Below, in pieces: positions 1 to 14,149 of a stretch of DNA of 64,000 nt. The stretch lies in NCBI GenBank assembly GCA_028023455.1, contig JAQFVV010000010.1, positions 11,098,001 through 11,162,000 on the forward strand. The letters run 5' to 3'. Source of the DNA: Epiperipatus broadwayi. Its lineage: Eukaryota > Animalia > Onychophora. The notes below the pieces were generated by a model. That model saw nothing but the letters and a program-made list of their open reading frames with translations, was not told where the DNA came from and ran no database searches. Numbering within the stretch: the first letter of the stretch is position 1; the number at the start of each line of letters is the position of its first letter. A program made the translations under genes and the position numbers.

Positions 1-814
1 AGCTTAAAATATATATGTATACATGAAAACACAAAATTATTTTGATCAAAATAAACAAAATAAGCATTGTAGCTAATCATAAATTGAATCTTTTTTGTAT
101 CCTATTATATATATGCTAAATGTATAATCTCATTATAATAAATTTAAAGACCATAAATTTTTACCATTTTATATAATTTTTTCCTTCATATTAATTAATA
201 TTATTATAATTATAAAAATATAGCTAACTTTAAAAATCTAATTTTTTTCACCTATTAAACATTTTTTTCTTTAGATAAATAATAGAAATTTAATAAGTAA
301 AATTAAAATAAACAATTAAAAAACCTTAGTAAATGATAAAACATTATAAGTTTTTAAAATTAACTATGTATTTATAATGGCAATATTGAATTAATATGAA
401 GAAAAAAAAAGAAAACAAAATTATATAAAAGATAATGCCTTAGTGCTTTTAACTTTATTAAACACAAATGTAAATATAAACTTTGAGAGTATATATATAT
501 TGAATTAAATATTTCCATGGATTAGTATTATAATAAAGAATAGAAATGAGGAGCCTCAGAGATTGACATTTAGTAGTAATTGATAATTTCTTGGCAACAG
601 CAGAAGTTAAAGATTATCTCTGTTTACCAGGATATGAATTCCTCATTTCTATTCATTATATATATATATCCAAGTCACATATTACATGACCTATATAGTT
701 TGTACTTAACAATATGTAATAAAGAGCATGCCAATATTTTTAAACAAGTTTATTTTATTATTTTTTATTTATTTTTTATATGATAAATGCTACAAGCATT
801 CAAATACCCACCTA

Positions 815-910
815 TGACTGTCCCCACCCCCAGATTGTCCCTGAGCCATGGCTTTCCTCAGTGAGGAGCCAGGCTACCAGATTCAAAAATACCAACTCCA
901 GCCAAGCATT
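815..910 (-). repeat. Degenerate copy of HHR-bearing repeat family A
   Basis: Minus strand reads ggctcctca-CTGAGGA-aagc-catg-gctc...tctgggg. This matches the family A segment ggctcctca-CTGATGA-aagc-cacaa-gcta-GAAA-ctag-tc-tgggg, but GAAA is lost. Confidence 0.5.
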
Positions 911-2094
911 TATCTAATACTTAAATGTTAAGAAGAACTGAAACTTTCAGTCATCTAATGTCTTTAAATTCAGCTCTCCAACTAAAATAGCTACATGGGC
1001 CTAAATATATATATATACTGTAACCTTTGGCTTTGCTAATAAGGCTGATATTTCATTTTTTATGATATTTAATAATAATAAAAATTTATAAGGAGAAATT
1101 TTCATTGAGTTAAACTATCTTTGCAAATTATATTTATTAAGATTAAATAAGCATATGCAAATCTAAATAATAAATTATTTAAAGTATTTTGGTCATAAAT
1201 AAATGTAATTGTATTTTACTTTATTGTTTTGTCAAAGTACTTTAACTTTTAGGTTGACAGAGCGGCCATATTGAATATTTAAATAATTATGTTAACCCAC
1301 AAATTTTATCAAAATATATGTTTGTATTACTAAAAAATGATATAATATATATTGTGTTAAAGATCAAACACCAAAGAATGTAATTAAGCAGAAAAAAATA
1401 TAGTCCTTGATATTCAAAGTAATAAAAAAAATAATAAAAGTTAATATTTCTAATAATTATTTTCATATTATTTCATAAATTCTAAATTATCATGCATTCA
1501 ATTTAAAATTATATTTTTGCTAGTGGGTTAATTGGATTCATTATAAAATTTCTAAAAAATAAGTATATAATAACACTTACCTAAGGTAATTTATCACTTG
1601 AACACTTCATAGAATAAAGACATTAGTACCTTTCATTTTTCTCTGTAGCCCTTCAAAATGTATTTCCATACAAGGGTGTGCAATGTATATGTCATCCCTA
1701 ACAACATCCCCTATAACTTAATATTGATCAATAATTAATATAATTTGAATATTATAATAAAGAACTTCAATACTGTTTGTAATTTATTAAAATGTACTAC
1801 TAAAATAGTCACTATATACAAAATAAAATAATAAAATAAAATAAAAAGTGAATGAAATACTAAATTCATTATAGAGTTAAGCTTGAGGTACACAAGTTAG
1901 TAGTTTAGGGTCAGTGCAATGTAGTATTATTTATCCTATTTTTGTAGGTTTTGAGGGCTCATATTGCTTCATGCTACTATGACCATAAATTTAGTAATAG
2001 CTTCATCAAGTCCCACCTCTCTTTGCATTTGATATGCAGCTTTGAAATTTACATTGCAGTAATCTGTGATCAGCCTAAGTTTATATATATATAT

Positions 2095-2860
2095 TGTAAC
2101 GATATATAAATATGTCGTTACATTAATTTAAAATAAAAACTGAAAAGTTCGCAAATAAAAGTAATAAATTAAACGCTAAAATTAAAAATGTTTGTTATAC
2201 GTATATACATTCGCACAGATGCTAAACTTTAAAAATATTTTTTTTAATAAATAAAAAAAGGTATTTGAATGTATTTTTTTATAAAAAAAGATTTATAAAA
2301 GTATTTTAATAAAAAAATAACGTAAGTTAAAATAAAAACAGGTATTAATTAATTCCTGTAATCTATAAATGGAAATGATTGTTTATTAATTATCTAAAAG
2401 CTGTTTAATTAAAAAGTCAGATGGAAAGTTAGATAAGAGAAGAAAGGGATTTTAGCTTGACCAATGGAAGCCAAATAAAGGCCCGGACCATAACAAAAAA
2501 ACAGAACAGTGACGTTTTTTGTTCATGGAATCCATAGGAGGACTATAAAAAGAAAAAAATATTGAGTTCCAGTCAGAGAGAGCTTTTTCCAAATTGATTT
2601 TGGTGAGTCTGGCGACAAGACGCTCTTGTCGTCCTCATTCACTTATTTTAAAAAATGCAAAGACTGTGATACCAGGACAGAACCAGCAAATGCTACCTCC
2701 AAAATGTCAGACCGGTCTTCCAGGAAAGTCTCCATGGGAATTGCCAATGGGAACATGGACTATTATACCGTAAGCAATAGAACTGAACAATTGTTAAAAT
2801 CATAACATTAATTAAGAACTTTAAAGATTGATTCCACTAACAAGAACAATAAGAGTATTA
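2095..2860 (+). mobile_element. LTR-like repeat beginning TGTAAC inside a (TA)n tract
   Basis: Starts TGTAAC right after (TA)n. Shares blocks with the reverse complement of 14150-15009 (cgcacagat, aaatggaaatgattg, catgggaatt, aagaacttta, aacaataaga). Contains CCAAT- and TATA-like motifs. Right end is obscured by the adjacent LINE. Confidence 0.5.
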
Positions 2861-5800
2861 CTCCAAGCAACCATCCTAGAATTTCTATTTTCAGAGACAT
2901 ACATTATGTTAAACAAAATCCAAAAAATGCATCTTAATTCCATACAAAAATACCTGACATACATAAATATGCTTTCATTCAATATTAACCACATAACAAT
3001 GAAACATCAGCTGCCATCCAAACTACTAGCACTAGCAATGGAACTCCATAACTGAATATTTATGATTAAACCACCACAATATGTACACAATCTCTTGCAT
3101 GCATATAACAAAATGTGTGATACCCTAAAAACTACTTAAAAGTAAAAAAAAAGCAAAATATGTCTCACATAACAACATGTCTGGATCAGAGAATACATAA
3201 GATGGGCATTGGGAAATCCACTCAACATCAAAGTCCCAATGGCAATACAAGCAAATGAGGTAATGTATACAGCTCATAATATATTATTTGTCTATGAATA
3301 CTTCAAACAAAAGCTGCAAGGAATGCAACTACTCAGACCATCCAATCTATTTGGTCCAATGGAAACAGAAACCATATTTACCACCAATAATTTTCTAACA
3401 CAACTGCCAAAATTTCCACGCACATGTCATCCAGGAAGCCCTGGAATTCCCGTTTATCTTGAAGCATCTCAGTCAATACACAGTACAATATCTCTGTGAC
3501 TTAGCAAATCATTTATCACAAAAGATTCAACCCATAGAAGGAGTATATCCAATCGCGATAATACTTTCAACAACAAGAAAGAAGAGCCATTCCCACTTTA
3601 TGCGACCTTTGCCCAATATTCATGATACCACTCACAATTAAAATCATAGGAAATATCATTAAAGAAAGAACAGAGTCTCACATAATGCCATTAATCTCAA
3701 ATGCACAATTCACCAAGAAAAACTCATCAACAATCCAAGAAGCACTAATTTTTAAGGCAATTCTGAACTCAGTAAAATGAAAGAAAAAATATGGGCAATT
3801 AGCATTCCAACTTGACATTGAAGGAGCTTTTAATTCAATAAATAACCTCATATTTATAGATGTGCTCGCAAACACTACAATACCAAAAACTCTATTACAC
3901 CTAATAACAAATCTGCTACTAAACTGTGAAATCCATATAATACTCAATGAAAGAAATTCACCATCATTTGTTCCCACACAATCTATATCACAAAGATCCC
4001 CACTCAGTTCACTGCTATTTATATGATACCTCAACTCTCTACTACAAAAGATCAACAAGCATTCACTGGCATACCAATACCTGGCACCACACAACACATC
4101 ACATGCATAGCATACGTGAATGATGTAACTGTTTTCCTGCTTTCAAAAAAGCTTATGCCTACTTTGCAAAGAATTTTACAAGAACATACAAATGAATACA
4201 AGCTAAAATTCAATGTAAACAAGACTACAGCCTGTTTACTATTCACTGGTAAACCATGCGCGCACATACACCAAACTAAACAGAGTGCTTTCCTCAGTTT
4301 CTCCTTTTACCTAGGGATTACAGGTATGAGATGTCACACACAGAACAGACTTGAGAGATGAAGCTCAATAGATCACCAGCTCCTTATTAAAAGCCTACTT
4401 ATCAATATACTCAAAAGTACAACTAATAAAACAACTTATCATAATAAAAATTATATATTATCTACCCATCATATCTTTTTCCAAAGTCTTTAAATCAAAA
4501 ATCAAATCCATCTGCAATCAATTTCTATTGTTCAGAGAAACAGTTGCAATATCAACCAAGTGGCTTAATAAACTCCTTGTAAATAATGGTCTGGGATTAC
4601 ATGATATAGACATTTTTCACATACAAAAACTAAAGAATCTGGTAATTACCACATTAAAGCATTTCCCAAAACTGAAATGCCTAATTCAAATCATGCAACA
4701 GACAAGTCACCTCCACAGCATCTATATACTTCATAAATTATTCACCAACATAAAACTATAAAGCAAGTACCTGAACAATATGCAGAAAAATACACCTATT
4801 GGGAGATTTATGCACTAATCCACCAAAATCAGAACAATGATGACCCCCACCCCCCAATGCTAAAAACAATAGAAAACTAATACATGATTACAAAACAAAA
4901 AATGGGCACTGGAACCCAAGTTTTATGACTTCATCCTAAAAATTAATCTATATGCAACAACCTATTTCATCTACCATAAAGAATATATATTACAATTGAC
5001 CCATTTTGCAAACTCTGCCACCATGCAGAAGAAACATTACAACACTTAATTTGTCAATGTATAGCCTTAGAAAAAACAAGAAAAATAATGTGTAGAACAT
5101 ACTGACAGCCAAATACCACAGTTAAAAAAATTATCAGAAAATATCCAAGGAAAATCAATACCAAGAATAAGAACAGCAATATTTTTACTGTACACATTTT
5201 GGTGCACACAATGTACAATTATAATGAGTGGCAACACAAGACACCACCCATTCACCTTCTATAACAAATTAACCCAGTTAAGAAATAGAATAATGAAATA
5301 GGAAATCCACATATATATGCAGCCACATGGTCACTACTAAGACACCAATCAGAACTATAGACAAGAAAACAAACAGACAGACAAAATAAGTAGTACATAC
5401 AACAAAGATTAAAAGACAATTCCAGAATGGAAATTCTACTAATTGAATGAAATTAAAACCATGAAACAAAAAGATCAATTAAATGTTCTTCCAAAATCCA
5501 CAAACAAAGACTGGCAAAACACAAGAAAACAAAAAATAATATGCTCATGGACAGGCAGAACATCAAAAGCAACCATAGCCAGAATAATGATACATGAACT
5601 TGAACCAATACATATCTGTAAAAATTAAAATTATATGTATTGCATATGCATGTAATCATTGTGCAATAATTATTAAAATTACCCTGTTTTTTTCCTCTTG
5701 TAAATTGAATTCACATATGCAATGGATAAACTTAAACAATTGTAGTAATACACTATGTGCATTAATGTCATAACCTTTCGATTCTTTGAAAGTTGTAATC

Positions 5801-6125
5801 AACCCTTTTTCTCTCTTGACCTTTTAATTTGAATATAAATCAAATTGTTAATGTAAACTCAACAACTGTAAATGGAAACATATGTATGCAAACGTAAAGC
5901 TATGTAACACTCTGTTGCCTAATAAAACTACTATTTGAAACATCATCATAGTAGTAGTAATAGCAGTAGCAGTAGCCGTAGTCATTGTAGTCACAGTCAG
6001 AATCAGAGTTGGGGGTGGAGGAATAGTAGTAGTAGTAGTAATAATAAGAACAACAATAACAGTAGTAGTAGCAGTAGTAGCAGCAGCAGCATCAGTAGTA
6101 GCAGCAGTAGTAGTAATAGTAATAT
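2860..6125 (+). mobile_element. Degenerate 5'-truncated L1/Tx1-like non-LTR retrotransposon
   Basis: Broken RT motifs LDIEGAFNSI (~3810), QRSPLSSLLF (~3990) and AYVNDVTVFL (~4110). zf-RVT-like PFCKLCHHAEETLQHLICQC (~5000-5060). AATAAA at ~5921 is followed by a (TAG/CAG)n tail. Confidence 0.8.
5945..6125. repeat. (TAG/CAG/TAA)n trinucleotide microsatellite
   Basis: Direct reading; explains the poly-Ser and poly-Thr ORFs on both strands. Confidence 0.95.
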
Positions 6126-6409
6126 GTCTCATAATTAAATTAATTCAAGAAGAGAAAAAGTAGAGATTTATACCCAAAACATTTGGCCATTAAGCCCAAA
6201 AATGTAAAAGAGTCATCACAAAGATTAAAATTTTAAAAAGATTTTTAAAAATTGCATTTTAATTGTCAGTATTAATAATATAATATCATAATATCAATGA
6301 AAATGTATTGCAATTTCTAAGAAGTTAAAGTGATTAAGTCGTTAAACTTTTTTTTAAAGTGAGTTCTAGTTCAAAAAGTTAAAAAATGTCATGAGTTTGC
6401 ATTATTCAT

Positions 6410-6700
6410 GAATTATCCATGTACATATGAATAATCAATGGATGCTAAATGCTAAACTGATATTTAGTTTCTTGATAATTGCTTTCCTCAGTAAGGAATA
6501 CAGTTTAGCAATGTAAAAATCCAATTCTTTGCCCAAGAATCTGCCTATTTGCATAAACCTGTCATAATGCCTGTAACTATATGTAAAGCCATCATTGAGG
6601 AAGAACAATATTCAAAACCTGTTCTTGAGACCAGTTTGTCATTACTATTTAATATTCATTGATTTTTCATGCTAACATGAATAGTCTACAAGCAGGGTGA
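6410..6700. repeat. Old head-to-head pair of family A-related repeats with decayed hammerhead motifs
   Basis: Minus strand ~6460-6497 reads CTGAGGA-aagc...GAAAC. Plus strand ~6597-6635 reads tTGAGGA-agaac-aata-ttc-aAAAC. Outer inverted block aataatcaatggat / attcattgatttt. Confidence 0.45.
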
Positions 6701-6965
6701 CCTGGCATGATTTATTGCTGTAAACATTCATAAGTTTATAAAGATATGATTGCCTTTAATAGAAAGAAATTTATGTTTAAAGCATCAATACCACGAACAA
6801 GGATATGACCACACATCTCTTACCCACAATGGATACAAACAAATTGCTTTTTTAATTTTTCAGAAAAAAAACATGAAAGCACTACTTTATGAATAAGTAA
6901 TCATAGGAATTAAACCATTAAAACATCACATGACTAACATTTCTTTTCCTTGCATAAACTATGAA

Positions 6966-7220
6966 AATAGTATCACTCTCCATACAATGGTGCCACTTAG
7001 TGCAAGCTATAGTTATCAATAGATGCATCAGATCCAAAGATCTAGATGCATTGCTCTCAGATCAAAGGCTTCTCACTGACGACAGCCATAAGCTAGAAAT
7101 TAGTCTGGCAATATTGAATAAGTGGGCAGTAGATAGGGATTTAAATGTACAAACATTCTGACATCGATTAATTACTATATCTCACACTAGGTGGCACTAT
7201 TGTACAGAGAGACTTATTGA
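6966..7220 (+). mobile_element. Family A HHR-bearing short repeat with inverted terminal segment
   Basis: 7020-7215 aligns with 16025-16220. 6972-7027 is an inverted copy of the 3' end. Confidence 0.75.
7072..7108 (+). ncRNA. Minimal type I hammerhead ribozyme motif (family A)
   Basis: ctca-CTGACGA-c-AGC-cataa-GCT-a-GAAA-ttag-TC-tgg; GUC at 7103-7105. The stem II closing pair is non-canonical (C.A). Confidence 0.55.
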
Positions 7221-7801
7221 CTGACTTCTGATAAATTTTGAGAATAATACCATAGGTAAATATTTAACACTTCAGAGTATAGTTTTTACATTAAAGTAAT
7301 TAAGGAATCTTTATATATATATAAAACTATAATATGACATCAAAAAATTTATTTTCCATCTTAATTTCTTTAGAAATGATTTATTTCCTATTTTTCTCTC
7401 TCTCTCTCTCTCTTTATATCAACATCATTGTCAACTATTATCAATCTATTGCGTAACAGAGGTCTCTCCAAATTAAATTCAATTTTTATGATCTATAAAT
7501 TCTTTTATTCATTTTACTTCTGAAAACTTCTTAATCTCATCTATATATATCACATAGTTTTTCTATATCTTTTGCAATTTCTTGATATCCCATTTAAGAC
7601 TTTAAACGTTCATCTATAATCATATCTTCTAGCATTATGATTAGTCCAGTTCTATTTTAAACTTTTTAATTTTTAAATTAATATCAAAGATATCTGTTTA
7701 TTCTCTAACCATGTTTTTTTTTACTTAATTTCAACATCTCTATATATTTCATTAATTTTTGGTTAAGCATCCAAGTCTCAGATTCATATTAAGAACTGTC
7801 A

Positions 7802-7910
7802 ATGCAAGCGTTGGTAGCCGAGAGGTCAACGCAGCTGCCTTGCAAGCAGTGTCTTGCAAACTGTTGTCACCGGTTCGCTGCCCGGCCAATGCTTTGGCAT
7901 ATGGAAAAAA
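7802..7910 (+). mobile_element. tRNA-Gly(TCC)-derived short SINE
   Basis: GCGTTGGT..GCAGCTGCCTTGCAAGCAG..GGTTCG..CCCGGCCAATGC follows the eukaryotic tRNA-Gly-TCC pattern, with A and B boxes and an A-rich tail. Sister copies at 24487 and 33515. Confidence 0.7.
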
Positions 7911-8124
7911 ATATATATATATATTTCTTTTTAAGCACATATGCATATTTCTGTTTAATATTAGATTATTTCTCCCAAAAACATCTTATGTTCAATTCTA
8001 TAGTCAATTTGTCATCATCATATTTTCATCTGTTGTAATAACATGATTAGAATATTTATAGTTATTCAGTATTTCTAATTCATGATTATCAATCCCAGCT
8101 TTCTTCTTTTATGAAAACCCACAG

Positions 8125-8395
8125 CCTAATTGGTTTGAGCACCATTTTAAATTCAATATTCATGAATCTGAAGGTCCAGGTATGATTCTCATGCTGTTCA
8201 GGCCAGAAACAGCTGAAGAAAAGAGGAGAATAATATTACTTGAAATACGTTATTAATTAATTTATGTGCCATTACTAACAGCTGAATGTATTTGAAAAAA
8301 AAACGTAAATAAAATTTGAATTTTTCTAAAGACATTTAACAATTAATGTTAGAAGATGGAAATAGTCCAACATTTAATTAACAATGACTATTATT
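8125..8395 (+). mobile_element. Diverged copy of the SINE-like family at 11300-11530
   Basis: Shares ctgaagaa..gagaataata..gaaat, ctattactaacag(c/t)tgaatgtatttg and gatggaaatagtccaa with 11300-11530. Confidence 0.65.
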
Positions 8396-9825
8396 TATAT
8401 TTTTAGCAGTTCTCTTTAGTTTTACTTTTTCATTTTCTTCTGACAACTCATACCATTTCCTAAAACATTGAAGCATTGTTTGCAAAAATTACAAAACACA
8501 AATAATTCAAGTAATCTCTATTTATTTTTTGTTTCCTTAGCTTTGTATTTTAATTCACAAAATACTTTTTTAAAATTGCTTTAAGAAGTTAAGAGATGTG
8601 ACATCACCCTGTTATACAATCTTATCAATGTTAATATTCTTAGCAGAACCATGTAATTTAGTAATTATAGTCGCATTTTAATAAATATTCTTCAGGATAT
8701 GGCTATCTCAATCTATATTTTTATAATCCAAATCTTTAATCAACATTATTATAGAATCAAATGTCTTTTTATAATCTACAAATTCAAATATGACAACTCG
8801 CATTCACCAGTTCTTCATATATCTATTGTTAATGCTTGGATGTGATTTGTTTTATTAAACACTTTTGGTCCAGCTTATTATCTTGATTGGTTTGAATACA
8901 AATTCTCTGTAGATATGTTGTAATTATCTTAGTAAAGATCTTATATAAAATAAATAAAATTATCTCTAATTTGTGATTTTATTTTTCACCATTTTTAAAT
9001 ATTAATATTATTGCTGCATTATTCCAATATTCTTTTCTATCTCTATCATTAAATGTTTTATATATGGTTTTGACAACAGTTTCTCTATTTTTTCATCTGC
9101 CTTTTTAAAAATATCAATAATAATTCCATCATGTTCTGGGGATTTTCCCTTCATCTTAGATTCAGTTGCATTTCTCTCTTCTTTTTTTAAAGTGCTTAGC
9201 AAATCAGAACTTTTTGTAATTGTAGGATTTTTTTTTTACCATTATATAAATTCTTTTAGAACTCTTCAACATCTTTTATGATACCAACCTTCTTTTTAAC
9301 ATAATGCTATTATTCATTTCTAGTGTTGAAACATTACTTCTAATATCCAAATGTTGTTTTGTATTTGTGATAATTTTAGTCTCTTCTGTAATTTGATGGT
9401 TATATTTCCTTGTATAAACCTTAACTCTTTTTGTGTCATTTTACAAAATTTCAATATTTAATTTTACTAAATGGATTACTTTTTAATATTTGCATATTAA
9501 CTATATCTCAGTTGAAAATTTTCTTGTGAACTGTTGCATTTGTACTAGATATTTGTGTGTAATTTATTAATAGAGTATGCATTTTCTTCTTATTGATTTG
9601 ATTCAGATTTGACCATGTTCAAAGTCTGCTAATGTTTTAAAATGATTTCCAAGTTCTGAAATACCAGCTGCTAATATTTTTTAATAACTTTTTTCTTTCT
9701 ACATTTGCTTTTAGATTTGTTTTAACCTTATATTTTACTTATTATTGCTGCTACATTATATTCAATGGAGATTATAATCTCTATATGCCAAAGTGATGAT
9801 CTATTACTAGTAGTAATTGTGTGTG

Positions 9826-10342
<517 letters not shown>

Positions 10343-11299
10343 AAGACGTAATGTAGCCCAGTATTGTGTATATACCATTTTCCTGAACTGAACTTAGTGA
10401 TTTGGATCAATTTGGATACTTTGGCCATTCTAGGTGATAAGCTCCATTGTCATTATTGCATTGAATGCTGCTAAGCTGTAAACAGACTTAATGATTTGGG
10501 GATAAAATATCTAAATTATTAGTCTCTTTATAATTATCCCTTTTCACACTCAAATACTACATTTCTGGACTGGGTTATTCCACCAACACTCAGTTATACA
10601 ATTAGATCTGTGATAGTTTAATAATTACTAATAATATAGATTTCAGTTAAATTAAAACATCATAATAATACTGAATCCTGTCTTTATAAAGCCAATGAAA
10701 TTTTATTTATAATATATACAAATTTAATTGTCAACACTAAATTTCCTACACCAATTCAAAGAAACTAGTTTAATAGCAGAAAAATGAAGCATTACAAAGG
10801 CAGTAAAATATTCATGAATAAATCATGCAAAATTTTCAGGTAATACAAACTGAATTGAGTAGATTAATAACTATACTTATAATAAAACATTAAATCTGAA
10901 AAAAATATTCTATCATTGGATTATGTGTCAACAAATTTTTACCTTTAAATAATTAAATATTCTATACTAATGAAAGTTTAAAATTATTTCAAACATCACT
11001 ATATTTATGAAGTCCAATGTTTCTATTTTGTCAAACAGTTTATTAGAATATTATTGTAAGAAATGTGTTCATGTTTCACAGACATATGTGCCTATTAGAC
11101 TATATAAGTCAATATGGTTTCATTATATGTGTGTGCAGTGTGCTTACTCTCATGCTCATCTCTTAATTAAACATATAATAAAAGTATACACAAGTTAACC
11201 AGAATTTATGAAAATAAAATAGATGATAGAATATTCAAATGGATAAAAATATAAAGGTGATTATGACTGTTATTGTAATAACCTGTCATTACCTTAAAA

Positions 11300-11530
11300 T
11301 TCAATAATCAAGAATCTAAGGACCCAGGTTCAAATCCCATGCTAGTGCTGTCACTGGTCATGACAGCAAGACCTGAAGAAGAGGGGAGAATAATACCTCT
11401 CGAAATGTTGTGCATATAGTAATCTGTGTGCTATTACTAACAGTTGAATGTATTTGGAATATTTAACTAAAGTTAAATTTTTCTAAAGCCATTTAATCCG
11501 CATATTAGATGATGGAAATAGTCCAATATA
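11300..11530 (+). mobile_element. SINE-like element with Pol III B-box and internal hammerhead-like motif
   Basis: B-box GGTTCAAATCCC at ~11325. CTGAAGA-a-GAGGGG-agaataata-CCTCTC-GAAA-tgtt at 11373-11409. Second copy at 8125-8395. Confidence 0.6.
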
Positions 11531-12811
11531 AAAATACAATCAAATACATCTGTTACATTTGAACATATAAGTGTAATATATTTCTCAGCCTGAGACTAGA
11601 ATTTACTCTATTATTGATTAAAAAAAACCATGATTTTATTAGATAAATAAGTTGATGACTCTCAAGTATAATCACAATAGTTATCTTGAATTTTTCCTTC
11701 TCAGGATTGTGATAACTAAGTATTAACTTAATTCTTCAGTAGCCTGTAGAGAACTACTGAGAAGTAGCTCTCATAGATTCTGATAATGCTGAGATCTATG
11801 TTTGTCACATGAATTAAGTAGCCTGCTAATTTTTTAACATAACTAGTGTGTATCTTTATTTTATATTTTGATGGCTTTCAGACACTTTCAACTATTGAGA
11901 TTATAAATGAAGAGCATCAAATTACAAAATCCTATCATCAAAATTAAGCATGAATACAAATTGCCAATGGCAATACACCCACATATATTACTATCCGCTT
12001 TTAAAATTTAATTTTAGCATTATTTCTGCTTATAAATGCCTTTAGACACATAGGCAATAATAGTCTTTGAGAATAATAGCAAATAATAAGTGCATTTGAA
12101 TGCACAGACAAAATTATAAAATATAAACTTAATAAATCAACAAACGCCATAATTTTAAAATTCGACTCCACAAATGGCCATTAATATTCCAATTAAAAAT
12201 ATATCTGAACAAACTCCCACACTTTCAAATATCTAGTTTTGTTTTAATTGCATAATAAATTTTCTATGTAGTTTGTCCACTTCATATTATTTTTCCTCAA
12301 TTTAAAATATTTAGCTATAAAACCTATTTTGTATTAAAATACAGTATCAATTCATCTTTAACCAGACATATATTGTTCAAAAACAAAATTTAAATTAGTT
12401 ATTTTAAGTTAACTATCTTTTTTTTTTACAATAATAATATTATTTGAAAAAATTTAATTCCAATATCAATGATGATCCCTTTCTTAAGGGTTTTAGCCAA
12501 TAAATCTCACCCTCTCGAGATTAACATAAATTGACCTCTAATTTAAATTTTCTCTGCATTATTTTATATTTAACATTAATAGTAATAATAATTGTATTTT
12601 TTACTTATTTTTATTTTATTAAACAAACAATATATATGTAGTCATAATAAAAATAATAAATATAACGGTAATAAACTATTATAAATAGTTTTTCAATCCG
12701 CAGAAGTACTTTCGGTTAATTTCTTAAACCTGCCTCAACTGTCATTAAACTCAAAAAACAAAGCGGAAGCAAACATCATCAACTCAAATCCCATGAATTC
12801 CGTGTATATAT

Positions 12812-14130
12812 TGTAATGATCCGGAGAACAGAGACTTACATAAACTGCATTACAGGGCGCCATCTAGGCATTTGAACCTAGAAAAATTTATAAAGTAGGC
12901 AGATACGTAAGTCAAAAAAAATAATTTTTTTTTTTTTTTTTAAAATTTTGAGTCCGGTCGTTAGCCCAAGTCACTAGCTCAGGGAGTAGCAGAGATTTAA
13001 TAATATAATATCTTATCTACTTATATTTTTTAAAAAAAAAGAATAAAATAAGCCACTGCCAGTAATTAATATACAAACATTTATTAACGCACATATATAA
13101 GATTTAAAATTATTTTAGCATCAGTTTACCTTTTAAAATTTAACTTACATTTTTAACTTTGATTTTAATTTACATTTTAACTTTTACAACTTTACATTTT
13201 AATTTTTTATAAGTTCGCACAGAGGAGTTTATAAAAGTTTGTTTTAAAATGTTGAGTATAAATCGGTTACATAGATTACAATGGTTAAAAACATTTCAAA
13301 ATAAACATAAACAATCAAAATATAAAATCATTGATACCGACAATTGCAGAGGGAAATTTATAAGTAACCCAATAGTATTCACCATAAGATACTTGCATTG
13401 TCACCAATAACTTAAAAGACATCCGAATAAATACATTATAGATACTCACCGTAAGGTATCATTATTTATCGAATGTCTATATATTTTGATCAAATATGAA
13501 AACCCAAAACATACTTAACCGATAACCAATCCATGCAAGCATCTATAAACAACTTAAATTTAATGCATTTTTATTTAGGGTCAAGTATGAATAGACTACA
13601 TAGACTTGCATTTGAAAATAAAATATTCTATCCCTATTTAACCTCAGGCTAAAATTCGCAGTCAAACCGGCATCAATTCATCTGATATATCGATGTATTC
13701 AATGTAATACAGAATACGGCAGCACCAAAAAGATTAAGAGAAAACATTGATTCTCGTCAGATAGGAATATTACATCTATCTAACAAGAAGAACAATAAAA
13801 AAAAAACTCCATAGAAAGGAACTGCGTTCTCCGTCTTATAATTCCTTCCATAGGCAAATGGGTGAGTGTGGCGTATATATATAAACAATTCTGCCAGTAG
13901 CGAATCTCCGACTACATCTACTAACTACATCAATATATCCAATCCATTGACCCAATTTAACAACGTCACAAATAACCTAAGATTACCCTCCCCTAATATA
14001 ACTTTACAAATCTATACAGCCATTCACGCCCGACTTAAGTTTAACATTGATATATTTTAATTTATCGGAAAACAGAAATCATAAATAAACTTAAAGAACA
14101 AAAGTAAATAAATGGAAATGATTTTAAATA
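12812..14130 (+). mobile_element. Probable LTR-like repeat (TGTAAT start after TA tract)
   Basis: Starts TGTAAT after tatatat. Shares aagttcgcacaga and aaatggaaatgatt with the 2095 and 15009 copies. No coding motif found. Confidence 0.3.
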
Positions 14131-14149
14131 AATAAATAAAAAATACATC

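Larger units (their letters stand above)
7400..9760 (-). mobile_element. Degenerate RTE-clade LINE interrupted by two SINEs
   Basis: MKGKSPEHDGIIIDIFKK (9008-9202) resembles the GKAPG.DG motif. The 3' region WVRE.TDIFDI..KIKK..NW.NH (~7620-7720) is homologous to the intact RTE ORF at 45982-46827. Confidence 0.7.

Noticed and set aside
5848-6138. Poly-Thr and poly-Ser ORFs
   Set aside because: These are translations of the trinucleotide microsatellite.
7808-7892. Functional tRNA gene (apparent TGC anticodon)
   Set aside because: The body is tRNA-Gly-derived with an insertion, an A tail and diverged sister copies, so it is a SINE.
12690-12810. Possible promoter (GCGGAAG ETS-like motif, local CpG)
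   Set aside because: A single short motif with no linked exon; insufficient support.
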